Part shown: one piece after another, positions 18,656 to 28,700 of the stretch
Numbering within the stretch: the first letter of the stretch is position 1
How the letters are laid out: each line of letters opens with the position of its first letter
Virus record (IMG/VR): IMGVR_UViG_3300028654_000012
Coordinates: 52,674 to 116,673 of that record
Reading direction: 5' to 3' (one strand)
Source of the DNA: a virus
Length of the DNA stretch: 64,000 nucleotides
Translations under genes and position numbers: made by a program
Notes under the pieces: model-generated
Told to the model about the DNA's origin: nothing
The model's database searches: none
Seen by the model: only the letters and a program-made list of their open reading frames with translations

Positions 18656-19588
18656 ATGGAGACTCTAATGGAAACAGTTAATACAGGGAGCCGGTTGGAA
18701 ACAATTTCACGTAATGGTGGATTTAAGAAGTCAGCTCTCCCGGACGTACATATTACCCCTGACGAAAGAGGGATTGAGATTAATCGCGTCGGAGTAGAAG
18801 GGGTAGCAGTACCTATTGTGTTAAATAGAAAGGGTGGCGGGGAGCCTGTAAAGACTTTAGCTAAGGTAAATATGTTTGGATCCTTAGAGAAGGAATTAAA
18901 GGGAACCAATATGAGCCGATTTGCTCAACTGTTTGTTACAGAGGATAACCATTCGGTTCTATCAGGTAATTCATTTCCCGACCTATTAGAAAGACTATCA
19001 ACTAGCTTAGGAACAAAGGATGTATACATTTCTGCAAGCTTTGATTACTGGATGAATAAGACTACTCCTGTAAGTAAGATTTCCGCTCCTTCAGGGTATG
19101 CCTGTAGATTTATTGGACAGCTCGTATCAGGTAAGTTGAAGTTTGTTACGGAAGTAACAGTTCCCGTAGCTTCTTACTGCCCTTGTAGTAAAGAGATGTG
19201 TCTTACAGATCCTAAGACGGGTGTAGGTCTCGGAGCTCACGCGCAGAGAGGTCTAGTAACTCTACAGGTGATCACTAACCCTCCTACTCCAGGACTATGG
19301 CTAGAGGACATGATTCGCATCGCAGAGACATCAGGTTCAGCTGAACTATACCCTATTCTTAAGAGAGAAGATGAGAAGTACGTCACTATTGCAGGATATG
19401 ATAATCCTAAGTTCGTAGAAGACATCTCTAGAGACGTAGGTAACAAGGTTCAGTTACTACCTGACGCCGTTTGGTATAAGGTTAGAACCCGCAATCTAGA
19501 ATCTATTCATCCGTACGATGTAACTTCGTATGTCGGACAAATTAAGAAAGGCGATGAGTGGGTATCTGACACCCGCAGTTTCTACTAA
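18656..19588 (+). CDS. folE2: GTP cyclohydrolase I type 2 (FolE2/MptA)
   Basis: KGTNMSR, CPCS, AHAQR, NPKFVED, ESIH. Confidence 0.92.
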   Translation: METLMETVNTGSRLETISRNGGFKKSALPDVHITPDERGIEINRVGVEGVAVPIVLNRKGGGEPVKTLAKVNMFGSLEKELKGTNMSRFAQLFVTEDNHSVLSGNSFPDLLERLSTSLGTKDVYISASFDYWMNKTTPVSKISAPSGYACRFIGQLVSGKLKFVTEVTVPVASYCPCSKEMCLTDPKTGVGLGAHAQRGLVTLQVITNPPTPGLWLEDMIRIAETSGSAELYPILKREDEKYVTIAGYDNPKFVEDISRDVGNKVQLLPDAVWYKVRTRNLESIHPYDVTSYVGQIKKGDEWVSDTRSFY

Positions 19589-19598
19589 AGAGGATACC

Positions 19599-19988
19599 AT
19601 GAGAGACGGAGAAATATATAGAGTAGTTGGCGCAAACAACGCACAGATTGAACAAGCGTTTAATCAGTTGCGTATGGAAGTAGTTACCCTTCAGGCAGCC
19701 CTTATTTCTGAGGTACTACGTACTCAAGCTATGGAAGAAGTGTTAGTAGAAGTTACGGCAGCTGCTAACCCTCCTAAAGATGCCCTTAACTTACCTGCTC
19801 CGTTAGTTGTAACAAAAGAAGCTATCGAAGCTAGGTTTAAAGCTAAACTAGAAGCTTATGAAAAGAAAATCGAAGAGCGTAAAGCAGCTCAGGCAGCAGC
19901 GAGAGAAGCAGCGGCAGCGCCAAAGATCGTCGCTCCGACGGCTGAAGAGATGGCTAAGATCAATCAACCAGTAACACCTAATGCATAA
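19599..19988 (+). CDS. Hypothetical coiled-coil protein
   Basis: AGAGG RBS before ATG 19599 (track start 19530). Confidence 0.55.
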   Translation: MRDGEIYRVVGANNAQIEQAFNQLRMEVVTLQAALISEVLRTQAMEEVLVEVTAAANPPKDALNLPAPLVVTKEAIEARFKAKLEAYEKKIEERKAAQAAAREAAAAPKIVAPTAEEMAKINQPVTPNA

Positions 19989-20535
19989 GAATCCGTACAT
20001 CGTATTTGCAGGTACTCAGTCTGTAGGAAAGACTACCTTAGTTAAAGCAACTATACCTCTGCTACAGGAATTATATAACAAGCCTGTATATCATATAGCT
20101 GAAGTAGCTAGAAAGCTGAGTGCTCAAGGACATACTATCAATAGCGCCAGCAACGGTACCACCCAGCGATTAATAGAGGATGGGTATGCCGCTGAGGAAG
20201 CTGCTAATGCTGATAAAGTCTTAATAGCAGATAGAAGCGTCATAGATAGATACTCCTATACTTTATTGAGTAAGGCCGTAGAAGATGTAAGCTTAGTGCA
20301 ATGGTATGAACATTTTATTCCTAGCACGTGTGCCAAGTATAGTCATATCTTCTTCATCCCTCTGTCTGATGACGTTAAACTTGAAGTAGATGGGGTTAGA
20401 TCTTCTGATGAGGATTTTAGAAAAGCTGTAGACACTACTCAGCAGATGATAATTAACAAGTTTAATATTAAAGTCACTAGATTACACGGCTCTACTGAAC
20501 AACGACTTGTACAGATAAAAAAGGCTTTACAATAA
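19981..20535 (+). CDS. P-loop nucleotide kinase (AAA_28/NadR-like)
   Basis: GTQSVGKTT, DRSVID, DGVR lid motif. Confidence 0.8.
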   Translation: MHKNPYIVFAGTQSVGKTTLVKATIPLLQELYNKPVYHIAEVARKLSAQGHTINSASNGTTQRLIEDGYAAEEAANADKVLIADRSVIDRYSYTLLSKAVEDVSLVQWYEHFIPSTCAKYSHIFFIPLSDDVKLEVDGVRSSDEDFRKAVDTTQQMIINKFNIKVTRLHGSTEQRLVQIKKALQ

Positions 20536-20536
20536 T

Positions 20537-21304
20537 ATGATTATTAGCTACGAGATCCCTACACCTAATCTAAAGGACCTAGGAAAGTATAACGATTATA
20601 GTTTTTGCTTAGCTCATCTTGCTTTGCAAGATAAAGCGTATGTAGCTTACTATAAAAACGCTCCTGGATACAAAATAGTAGATAATTCTATTTTCGAATT
20701 AGACCATGCACTTCCGTACGCGGATGTTATGAAGGCAGCTGGCATCTTGCGAGCTAATGAAGTAGTATCACCAGACAGTTTTCAGAATAGTGCGAAGACT
20801 ATAAAAGCAACGGAAGATTTCTTAAAATACTTCTCTGCAGCAGGATTAGTGGGTAAGTATAAGGTAATGGGCGTTGTTCAAGGATCTAACATACCTTCAT
20901 GGGTTAAGTGCTTTACGTGGATGGATAAGAACCCTTTGATTGATGTTATAGGTATCAGTTATGTGGGATGTGCTTCATTCTCTACAGAGCCTACTGATTC
21001 TAGAGTAAAAGCAGTTAAGTATGCTATAGACCATATCAAACCTACCAAGCCTCTACATCTATTAGGCATTGGCGGAAATCCTATGGAAGTAGCTCTACAG
21101 AAGACATTCTCGCAGGTACGTAGCTGCGACACGTCTATTCCGGTAGTAGACGGCTATTACAACGTTAGATACGATATGGAGAAAGGCTCTAATATCTTAC
21201 CTAAGAACAAACGTCCTTCTGATTATTTCAATTTAACTTTGAATAGCAGCCAGTTGACCGATGCAAACTTTAATATGCAATGTATGAGAAAGTGGATCAC
21301 ATGA
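20537..21304 (+). CDS. TGT-fold guanine transglycosylase, candidate DpdA-type
   Basis: Motif order of TGT: VDNSIFE, SPD, GVVQG, IGIS, LHLLGIG, SCDTSIP; genome encodes the preQ0 pathway. Confidence 0.7.
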   Translation: MIISYEIPTPNLKDLGKYNDYSFCLAHLALQDKAYVAYYKNAPGYKIVDNSIFELDHALPYADVMKAAGILRANEVVSPDSFQNSAKTIKATEDFLKYFSAAGLVGKYKVMGVVQGSNIPSWVKCFTWMDKNPLIDVIGISYVGCASFSTEPTDSRVKAVKYAIDHIKPTKPLHLLGIGGNPMEVALQKTFSQVRSCDTSIPVVDGYYNVRYDMEKGSNILPKNKRPSDYFNLTLNSSQLTDANFNMQCMRKWIT

Positions 21305-21936
21305 GTTACTTTAAACAACGGGGATTAACAGACCAGACCGTTAAGACGTTTAATCTAGGATATTGTGATACTTCCGGTTATGTAACAGTACCGGAAGTTT
21401 CTTCTTTTATAGATAGGCGGTTCTATCACAGTGCCCTGTTCCCTATATACAATTTATATAACGTCCCTATATCTGTGTCGGCGAGACCTTTATCCCCGGG
21501 ATCTCCTTTTAAGTATGTCCATACACATTATGATAAGGCCCACCACATGTACGGGCTCAATGTAACCTGGCCGGATATCCTTAAAGCTCGAAAAGCGTAT
21601 ATAGTAGAGGGTAACTTTGACCTCCTGACCTTGTATCAATATGGTATTACAAACACCGTAGCAATGTTAGGGTCTCAATTTTCTCCTACGCAACTTTGTC
21701 TATTAACAAGATTTTGTGATGAAATTGTTATAGCCACGGACGGAGATGAGCCCGGGATTAAGTGCGCAAGTAAAATTATGAAGTTATGTCAATCAAGAGG
21801 CATTAAAAGTTCATTATTAAAACTACCTCCTAACATGGACCCGGATAATTTTGTTAAGACCTATGGGGCATCCGCTTTCTTAAAATTAGCCCCGAAGACA
21901 TTATCAGAGATGTTACAAGGAGGTTCAAGTGCGTAA
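21301..21936 (+). CDS. DnaG-type primase catalytic/Toprim domain lacking a Zn finger
   Basis: FNLGY, LFPI, KYVHT, IVEGNFD, ATDGDEPG, DPD. Confidence 0.88.
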   Translation: MSYFKQRGLTDQTVKTFNLGYCDTSGYVTVPEVSSFIDRRFYHSALFPIYNLYNVPISVSARPLSPGSPFKYVHTHYDKAHHMYGLNVTWPDILKARKAYIVEGNFDLLTLYQYGITNTVAMLGSQFSPTQLCLLTRFCDEIVIATDGDEPGIKCASKIMKLCQSRGIKSSLLKLPPNMDPDNFVKTYGASAFLKLAPKTLSEMLQGGSSA

Positions 21937-21954
21937 TTTATTCCAAGAATAACA

Positions 21955-22560
21955 ATGAACGATATCGCAGTCACGGACAGCTTAGGATTACCGAGAGTAA
22001 AAAGATGGTATACGTTAAAGACAAATGGCATAGCTAATATTCGATCAATTAATGCGTGCCTCAAAGTAGCGCCTGAAGTACCTAATTTTTGGATGGCGGG
22101 ATATATGGTTCCCCGCAAGATTAGAAAAACCACTACCCTTAAGAAAGATTTTTTCTACTACGATTACGCATTCCTCGAATTAGAAGATGCAATGACATTC
22201 GAGAAGTTCTTATCAGATCGCCACATCCCCGCCTACTTCCTTCACCACGTTGGAACTAAAATCCCTCAAGCTTTAACTGAACAAGAGATTTCAGATATTA
22301 AGCAATTAGAGATTTTAAAGCAACTTGAAGTCGAAGCATTTAAGACCCCTCTATTAAGATCCGGAGCTTACATTGAAGTAACTCACGGACCCTTTATTGG
22401 GTGTAAAGGGATAGTCAAAGAGATTACAGGATCGTATGCAGTGCTTGAAATGAATGTTTTTGAGAGACCCACATCGGTTAGAGTAGAGCTAGAGTTCCTA
22501 AAAGACCTACTTCAGTCATGTGAGCCCGTAGCAGAATGTGTAGATGAAGACACCGAATAA
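21955..22560 (+). CDS. NusG-family transcription elongation/antitermination factor
   Basis: NGN-like WYTLKT..YAFLEL and KOW IEVTHGPFIGCKGIV..LEMNVFERPTSVRV. Confidence 0.8.
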   Translation: MNDIAVTDSLGLPRVKRWYTLKTNGIANIRSINACLKVAPEVPNFWMAGYMVPRKIRKTTTLKKDFFYYDYAFLELEDAMTFEKFLSDRHIPAYFLHHVGTKIPQALTEQEISDIKQLEILKQLEVEAFKTPLLRSGAYIEVTHGPFIGCKGIVKEITGSYAVLEMNVFERPTSVRVELEFLKDLLQSCEPVAECVDEDTE

Positions 22561-22939
22561 TAAATCTTTCCGTGGACAGACCGATGTCAACACCGATAGG
22601 TTCATTTTTCGCATACAGCGAGAAATACCTATTGAAGACGTCGAATTAGAGAAGTTAGTAAATGATAATCAGACAGCGATCGCGCAGACTCAGACGGACG
22701 AAGAACGACTAACTGAGCGACAAGAGTTTCAAGAAAAGCGTAAAGAGTTAGTCGAAAAGTTGTTTGCCGCGGCGACTAAGGTACTCACAGACATACAGTT
22801 TCAAATATTTACTTCCTATTTTGTAATGGGAATGAGCGAGCCCCAGATAGCGTCTTCTATGAACGTAACGCAGCCTTACATAAGTATTGTGTTAACGGCG
22901 TCGATCAAAAAGATCAAAAAAGAACTCAAGATCGACTAA
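22544..22939 (+). CDS. Sigma-70 region 4-only protein
   Basis: LTDIQFQIF..MSEPQIASSMNVTQPYIS..SIKKIK. Confidence 0.7.
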   Translation: MKTPNNKSFRGQTDVNTDRFIFRIQREIPIEDVELEKLVNDNQTAIAQTQTDEERLTERQEFQEKRKELVEKLFAAATKVLTDIQFQIFTSYFVMGMSEPQIASSMNVTQPYISIVLTASIKKIKKELKID

Positions 22940-23016
22940 CGACCAATTGTCGTACCCGTTATCCCTCTGTTATATATAATATAATAGCAATTTAACTTAG
23001 TAACCGGGGCCTAATA

Positions 23017-24198
23017 ATGTCTGCGACAATATATGTAAAAGACGATGGGGATTATTTTTTAACAGCTGCCCAATACTCCCTATTTAAAACCTATTCAGAT
23101 TTGGCAGTTAATTGGGTTAAGGTAGCCGAAGATAACGTTGATCTAACTCCTGAACAGCAAAAGGAGTACAACGATAATATAGCTAAAGCCGTTGGATGGG
23201 CTAAGAGCTTAAAGTTTAAACCCGAAATGGGTATAGACCCCTCCTCATTCGCACACACAATTCTTCTTCACGCAGTAAAGACTTACGATGGAGCTAAAGG
23301 TACAGCATTCTCAACATGGCTCTACAGAATTATGCAGCAGCAAGCTGCCACACTTTGGAACAAGTATACTAAGTATTTAGAAGACACCTCAGGCGGAGAA
23401 AGATCGTTAGCCGAACCAGTATCAATGCCTGGAGGAGAAGAAGTAGAACTAGAGCAGTTACTTGAAGGTGTAGAGCAGTTAAGAGTACAAGACGATCCCG
23501 CCTATAATATCCTCCGCAGTCAACTTAAAGACCTCCTCGGCCAAGCCGATCCCTCAGGCAGACTTTTCCGCATCTACCGTATGTTAGTAGAGGAAGGTCT
23601 CTCAAACCCCCAAGTAGCCTCCGCTGAAAATCTTTCACCCTCTCGAGTTACGGGACTGGTTAAGAAAATTCAAGAAGTTCTAAAGAACCACGGAGACATT
23701 AAAGAGCTATTGGAGAATGGAGGATCTACAGAAGAAAATAAAACTTCTGCAATTCGCCGGTTTATCTTTAGAGAAGGAGACCACGTCAACGTAATGTCTC
23801 TGGATAAACCTGGAGTAATTATTAAAGCTTATAAGGGAAATGTATTTGAAGTAAGATTAGATTACAATAACAATATTACTCGTACAGCCCGGCACGATCT
23901 AGAAAAGTATTCCACGGTAACTGATTCTGTAATTAAAGCCTCAAAGCATTTCTTCGGGTTGAGTATCCGAACTCCCCGTTGCTACGCTGCTCGCGTTAAT
24001 AATAACGATAAATCTGTAATAGCTGTTCTTGAATTTAGACCCACATCTGAAATTACTACCCTAGCCAGTCTATACATGGGAAATACTATTGCGGGCAGTG
24101 TTGAGATTTCTGAAGGATCACTAACAAACTTAGTTGATCTCGTTAAGATAAAAATGGGTACAGATGCTAAATTAGACCCCGAGTTTCTATCACTTTAA
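23017..24198 (+). CDS. Sigma-like factor fused to SH3/KOW-like and unknown C-terminal domains
   Basis: AVKTYDGAKGTAFSTWL (region 2), LSNPQVASAENLSPSRV (region 4), then FREGDHVNV barrel. Confidence 0.7.
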   Translation: MSATIYVKDDGDYFLTAAQYSLFKTYSDLAVNWVKVAEDNVDLTPEQQKEYNDNIAKAVGWAKSLKFKPEMGIDPSSFAHTILLHAVKTYDGAKGTAFSTWLYRIMQQQAATLWNKYTKYLEDTSGGERSLAEPVSMPGGEEVELEQLLEGVEQLRVQDDPAYNILRSQLKDLLGQADPSGRLFRIYRMLVEEGLSNPQVASAENLSPSRVTGLVKKIQEVLKNHGDIKELLENGGSTEENKTSAIRRFIFREGDHVNVMSLDKPGVIIKAYKGNVFEVRLDYNNNITRTARHDLEKYSTVTDSVIKASKHFFGLSIRTPRCYAARVNNNDKSVIAVLEFRPTSEITTLASLYMGNTIAGSVEISEGSLTNLVDLVKIKMGTDAKLDPEFLSL

Positions 24199-24914
24199 TG
24201 GCTCTACGCGAATTTAATACTGAATCGGATATTAAGAACTTTAAAAGCAAGCTTTTCTTGCTGCCTAAAAAGCTCCAACTCCAGATCAATCAGATGATCG
24301 AGGAGGGCCACAAAGAGTGGGCTATTGAGGGTATGATTAAGAGGGAATACAAGGGTACTCTTGGATGTCCAACAGCTCCTACTATCGGTGTATATATAGA
24401 TTGGTATGAAGCTCGTAAAAAGATGAATGCCGAGAAGGGTATTGTAGAAGTAATGTCTCCCAATTCGTTAGCTGTTTTAGAAAAGAATGATATAGATGAG
24501 ATTGCTGATGAACGTAAAGCCATTTTAGATAAGGCTACGTCCACAGACAATAAGAAGGACCTATTAGAAAATTTGATTCGTAAGTGTATTGAACGTATCA
24601 GAAAGCTGGAAGAAGTACAAGAGTTAGAAGGATCTACCAGCTCGTTAGAAGCGGTACTAGGTAGTTACGTAAGAGAGATTCATTCTATTGTCGCTACGCA
24701 GTTAAAACTATCTGGCGAACTTGAGAAAGAGACTAACGCTGCCATTGCAGAGATGGTTAATCAAAATTTATATACTCTTATTCAGATTGTTTTCGAAGAA
24801 ATAAGAGCTGAAGCCCCTGAAAAGGCTGATGAGATTCGCAATAGAATCATGACAAGGTTGTCCGAAGTAGAAGCACTATCAAGTGTATCTACAGAAATGG
24901 TACAGGAGAAATAA
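24198..24914 (+). CDS. Hypothetical helical protein (possible terminase small subunit)
   Basis: N-terminal HTH-like plus coiled-coil layout; function is weak inference. Confidence 0.35.
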   Translation: MALREFNTESDIKNFKSKLFLLPKKLQLQINQMIEEGHKEWAIEGMIKREYKGTLGCPTAPTIGVYIDWYEARKKMNAEKGIVEVMSPNSLAVLEKNDIDEIADERKAILDKATSTDNKKDLLENLIRKCIERIRKLEEVQELEGSTSSLEAVLGSYVREIHSIVATQLKLSGELEKETNAAIAEMVNQNLYTLIQIVFEEIRAEAPEKADEIRNRIMTRLSEVEALSSVSTEMVQEK

Positions 24915-25348
24915 TGTTTAAGCCCGAAGTTTATAAAATGTTATCTTTTTTTGCCGATAATCAAGAGCATCGTTTTGCAGAGATTATGAATCTCTCCGCA
25001 TTTACGTTTAAGTATAAACGTTGGCAGACTTCAGAAGAGCTTATGAGGAAATCTCTACTAGCTAACGGGCTAGTCTATAGATGCTGGAACGAAGCATTTC
25101 CTCAGCTAGACTCTTACAAACTGACTCCTAAAGGAGATGAATGCTTTAGAGACTATCAGATTTGGAGAATTAAGTGCGAGAACGATAACTCCGACGCTAA
25201 GAGATATTTCAAGTACTTTAATAGAGAGACTGAGGGCAAGTGGGGCGCTGACGGCATGGGCGGTAAGATTTCAGAGCTAGACGCTATGAATCATACTCCT
25301 GAATACTCGGCGGAGTATTACAGGCGGATGCTCACCCAGCCGGAGTAA
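24914..25348 (+). CDS. Winged-helix-like hypothetical protein
   Basis: LLANGLV..YKLTPKG wing pattern. Confidence 0.5.
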   Translation: MFKPEVYKMLSFFADNQEHRFAEIMNLSAFTFKYKRWQTSEELMRKSLLANGLVYRCWNEAFPQLDSYKLTPKGDECFRDYQIWRIKCENDNSDAKRYFKYFNRETEGKWGADGMGGKISELDAMNHTPEYSAEYYRRMLTQPE

Positions 25349-25349
25349 C

Positions 25350-25562
25350 GTGGATAATCCGGTCTGCGCTAGCTGTGAATGTCCTTCATTCACTCATGCG
25401 TATTTTCATAAGTGCGAACTTTTTGATAAGAAAGATGTTTGTATTGATTGTGCTCGGGATACGCCAATCCCTGAATTTATAGTTTACGTGAAGAATCGTA
25501 CCAATAAAGACGTAACTGAAGAAGACATTAAGAATATCTGTAAGGACCCATCACACTTATAA
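25350..25562 (+). CDS. Cys-rich microprotein
   Basis: CASCEC..H..C..CIDC; GTG start. Confidence 0.55.
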   Translation: MDNPVCASCECPSFTHAYFHKCELFDKKDVCIDCARDTPIPEFIVYVKNRTNKDVTEEDIKNICKDPSHL

Positions 25563-25771
25563 TGATTACTAAGCAATGCGATAGATGCAAGTTATCTATA
25601 GAATTAAACGAAGAGCCTACGCAGAAGGGGTTTCTTTGTCGCGAATGTGTCGTTCTTTGGAAAGTTGAAGAAAGGAAGTGGTTGTATAAGATTACCTTTC
25701 CTGAATTACGTGAAAAATTTATTGCGTTCATCGAAAGCGGTGAACCTGTTCAAAATACTACTTTAAAATAA
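25562..25771 (+). CDS. Zn-finger microprotein
   Basis: CDRC..CREC. Confidence 0.6.
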   Translation: MITKQCDRCKLSIELNEEPTQKGFLCRECVVLWKVEERKWLYKITFPELREKFIAFIESGEPVQNTTLK

Positions 25772-25786
25772 GCGGGGAATAATATA

Positions 25787-28700
25787 ATGAGTAATTGGAT
25801 TACAGATTTGTTTTCAGGAAAGAAAGAAGAGCCAAAAGAGGTCTTCGCAGATAGAAACTCTATCATTCCGAAGTATCTCAGAAAGGCTGCCTTAACTGAG
25901 ATGGAAACGGCTGAAGAGGACGTATCTAACGATTGGCATTCACGTGTTCATAATGTATCAGACTTCGTACTGGCTGAACAGATCACCGAACTAGAGCTAA
26001 CCGGTAAGGGCGCCCCTGAGAAGTATAATGCCCACTGGCAGACGGTGATGGATGACATTCGTAAGAATAGAACGAAAGCCGAAGAGCGTCTATTAAAGCT
26101 GGTTCCCCGCCATAGCTTGTTAGACATCAAGGAATTCTTCAATCGCATTAAGAAGCAGAATGACAAGTTTGAAGTAGCTAAGGATAGAGCTTTAAATAAG
26201 AGAGCTGATCTTACTTTCACTTCTGCTGATAAGCTGGTAGCTAAAGGTACCTCTCACACCGCTTCGGTACTAGCTTCAGATGTAGATTATAATATCTACG
26301 CAGTTAAAACGGATTTTGCCGTAAATTATTATGGAGGAGGAGATGCTCATGAAACGTTTGAAAAAGTTGGCGATGGACTGGAAAAAGAAGCTGCAAAAAC
26401 AAGCGAGCCGCTTAGCCGCAATGTGCTCGAAGAAAAAGATGCCTCGGGCTCGTGGCAAGAGGTAATTTCTAGTCCTTTAGTTAAGGATGTTCAAATTCGT
26501 GCAGAATATGTCGCTGCAAAGAACCCTAAAGCGGAACTACGCATTCAGGCTCTTGAGGAACCTATGTTCCAAGAGGGTGAGACCGTAGCTGACGCTTCAG
26601 GTAAGGAAAATGCTGAAATTCTTCAGGTAGATAAAGAGAATGGTATGTACGTAATGAAAATACCTGGCTTTTCTACCCCTGTTAGAAAGACGTTTGAGAA
26701 GGCTCATGCAGGATTCCATAAAGGAAAGAAGCCCTATCTACCAGGTAATCCCGCTCCAGAACCTAAAGAGATGGGAAAACCTGATTCCTTGCCTAAGTCC
26801 AATACCGAATATATTACGGAGGATGAAAGGGCAAAGTTAGTAAAGAATGAGAAGGAGACAGCTGAGACTGAAAAAGAACTAGCTGGAGCGCAGGAGTTCT
26901 CTCGACATTGGCAGGATCTAACTAGAAAGCTAGAAGATCTGAAGATGAGACATACTGAGATGACTAAGAATAGGATTGTTCAACCGGGTATGCCTGATAG
27001 CAGACCGCCTACACCTGAAGAGAGTGCTAGCTACGATAGATCTAAAGCTTTGGAGAAGGCCCAGCCTGATCCAGAAGCTTCTAAAACGCAGTATGCTCCT
27101 CAGCCCTCTAAGAAGTTAGAACCAGAAGGATGGTGGGGCTGGCCTAACACCGAGAGAAATCTCAAGGCTCCTAAGAAGCACAAGAAGACTAACCAGGGTT
27201 TCGAATTATCTCTAGTAGCTAATTCATTAACTCTTGAGTTACCTAATGGTAGCTTCCTGACATCCGTTCATGCAAATGAACAAGAGGCTGAAGCCGAGTT
27301 CGACAAAGCTGGCGATCTAGATTCACTAGCTTCGCTATTTCCCCTAGCTGCTCTTGAGACCTTTGAAAAGAAGGCTGAAGACGTAGGTACGGGAGGACCT
27401 AACATGGACGGATCTAATGTTATGGTAGATCCTCAGCGTGGCGGAGTTAATCAGATGGGTGAAGGAGTACAAGAAAATCCCGAACCTTTTAAAAAGAAAT
27501 CTGATGACGAAGCTGTTGAAGAGCAGCTAGTTATGGACTTAAATGAATTGATCAAAGAAGCGGGTGGGGACGAAGCAGTTATTCAGAAAGCGATGGCTGC
27601 TGGCGCTAAAACGCGTGAAGAGATTGCTCGCCATGCCGTAATGGAACTAATCGGGGATACTCACGAGGTTGACTTTGACGCGCAGTTGACCGCTACGGGT
27701 CCTAATAGTTCTGCCCAGGGAGAACCTGACTTTCAACACTACAATCAGAAGTTTTCTGCAGCCGAGGTAGTTCCTTTTATGGAGAAGGCCCTTGATGAGT
27801 TCCTTCCTGAGAAGTCAGCTGAAGCCAAGTCGGAGAAGGCTCCAGTAGTAGTTCCCTCTGCCGATCTTTCTGCTCCTCGTCAGGCAGAGCAGGCCTTTGA
27901 TCCTAATGCAGGCCTGCCAGGAGTATTACCTCATGCATCTCTCGAAGATGATACTTTTGTTGTAGGAGAGAATGTTGTTCTCAATTCTAAAGTAGGTTCT
28001 CTAGGGGAAGGTACTGAGGTAAGGATTACCGGAGTGGTGGGAGCTAGCCTAGCTTTCGAAGCAATCCATGACCCTAGAATTATAGGTATCACTAAGTTCG
28101 CTAAGGTAGATAAACAGAAGCCTTTAGAAAAGTATCTATGGGATAACGATGGAGTTAAAGTAGCTTTTGAGTTAGGAGACCACGTTAAGGTTTCTGCCTC
28201 TACTTTCCTCAATGGTAAAGCTCTTAAAGGAATGGAAGGTACTATCCGTGAGAAGGTACTTGTCAGTAATCCAGATGCTTCTGTAGATATGTTCTACTTA
28301 GTAGAATTTGATGGCGCGGGAAATACTACGCTGCCGGGAGAGTGTCTAAAGAGAGGTTCAACTAAAAAGGCATCTTTTTTAGGCCATAAGGAGGCTACGC
28401 TCGAGGTAGTCTCCGTCATTGTTAAGCGCCCTAATGGTTGGTATGTTAAATCACACAAGGGTAAAAGCTTAGGCGGACCTTACCATAGTCGTGAGCGTGC
28501 GGAGAAGCGTCTTCAGCAGGTAGAGATGTTTAAGCACATGAAGGGAGCGTCGGTTGATGGCAAGCCCTGGCTAACTACTCCTGGAGAACCTGAGAGAGAA
28601 GTGAGTGTTGAAGATGCAGCAACTTTAGCTCGGTTTCGCCGTGATAAAGAAATTGCTGACCTTAAGAAACAGAAAGAAGCGTTAGAAGGAGCTACTAAGA

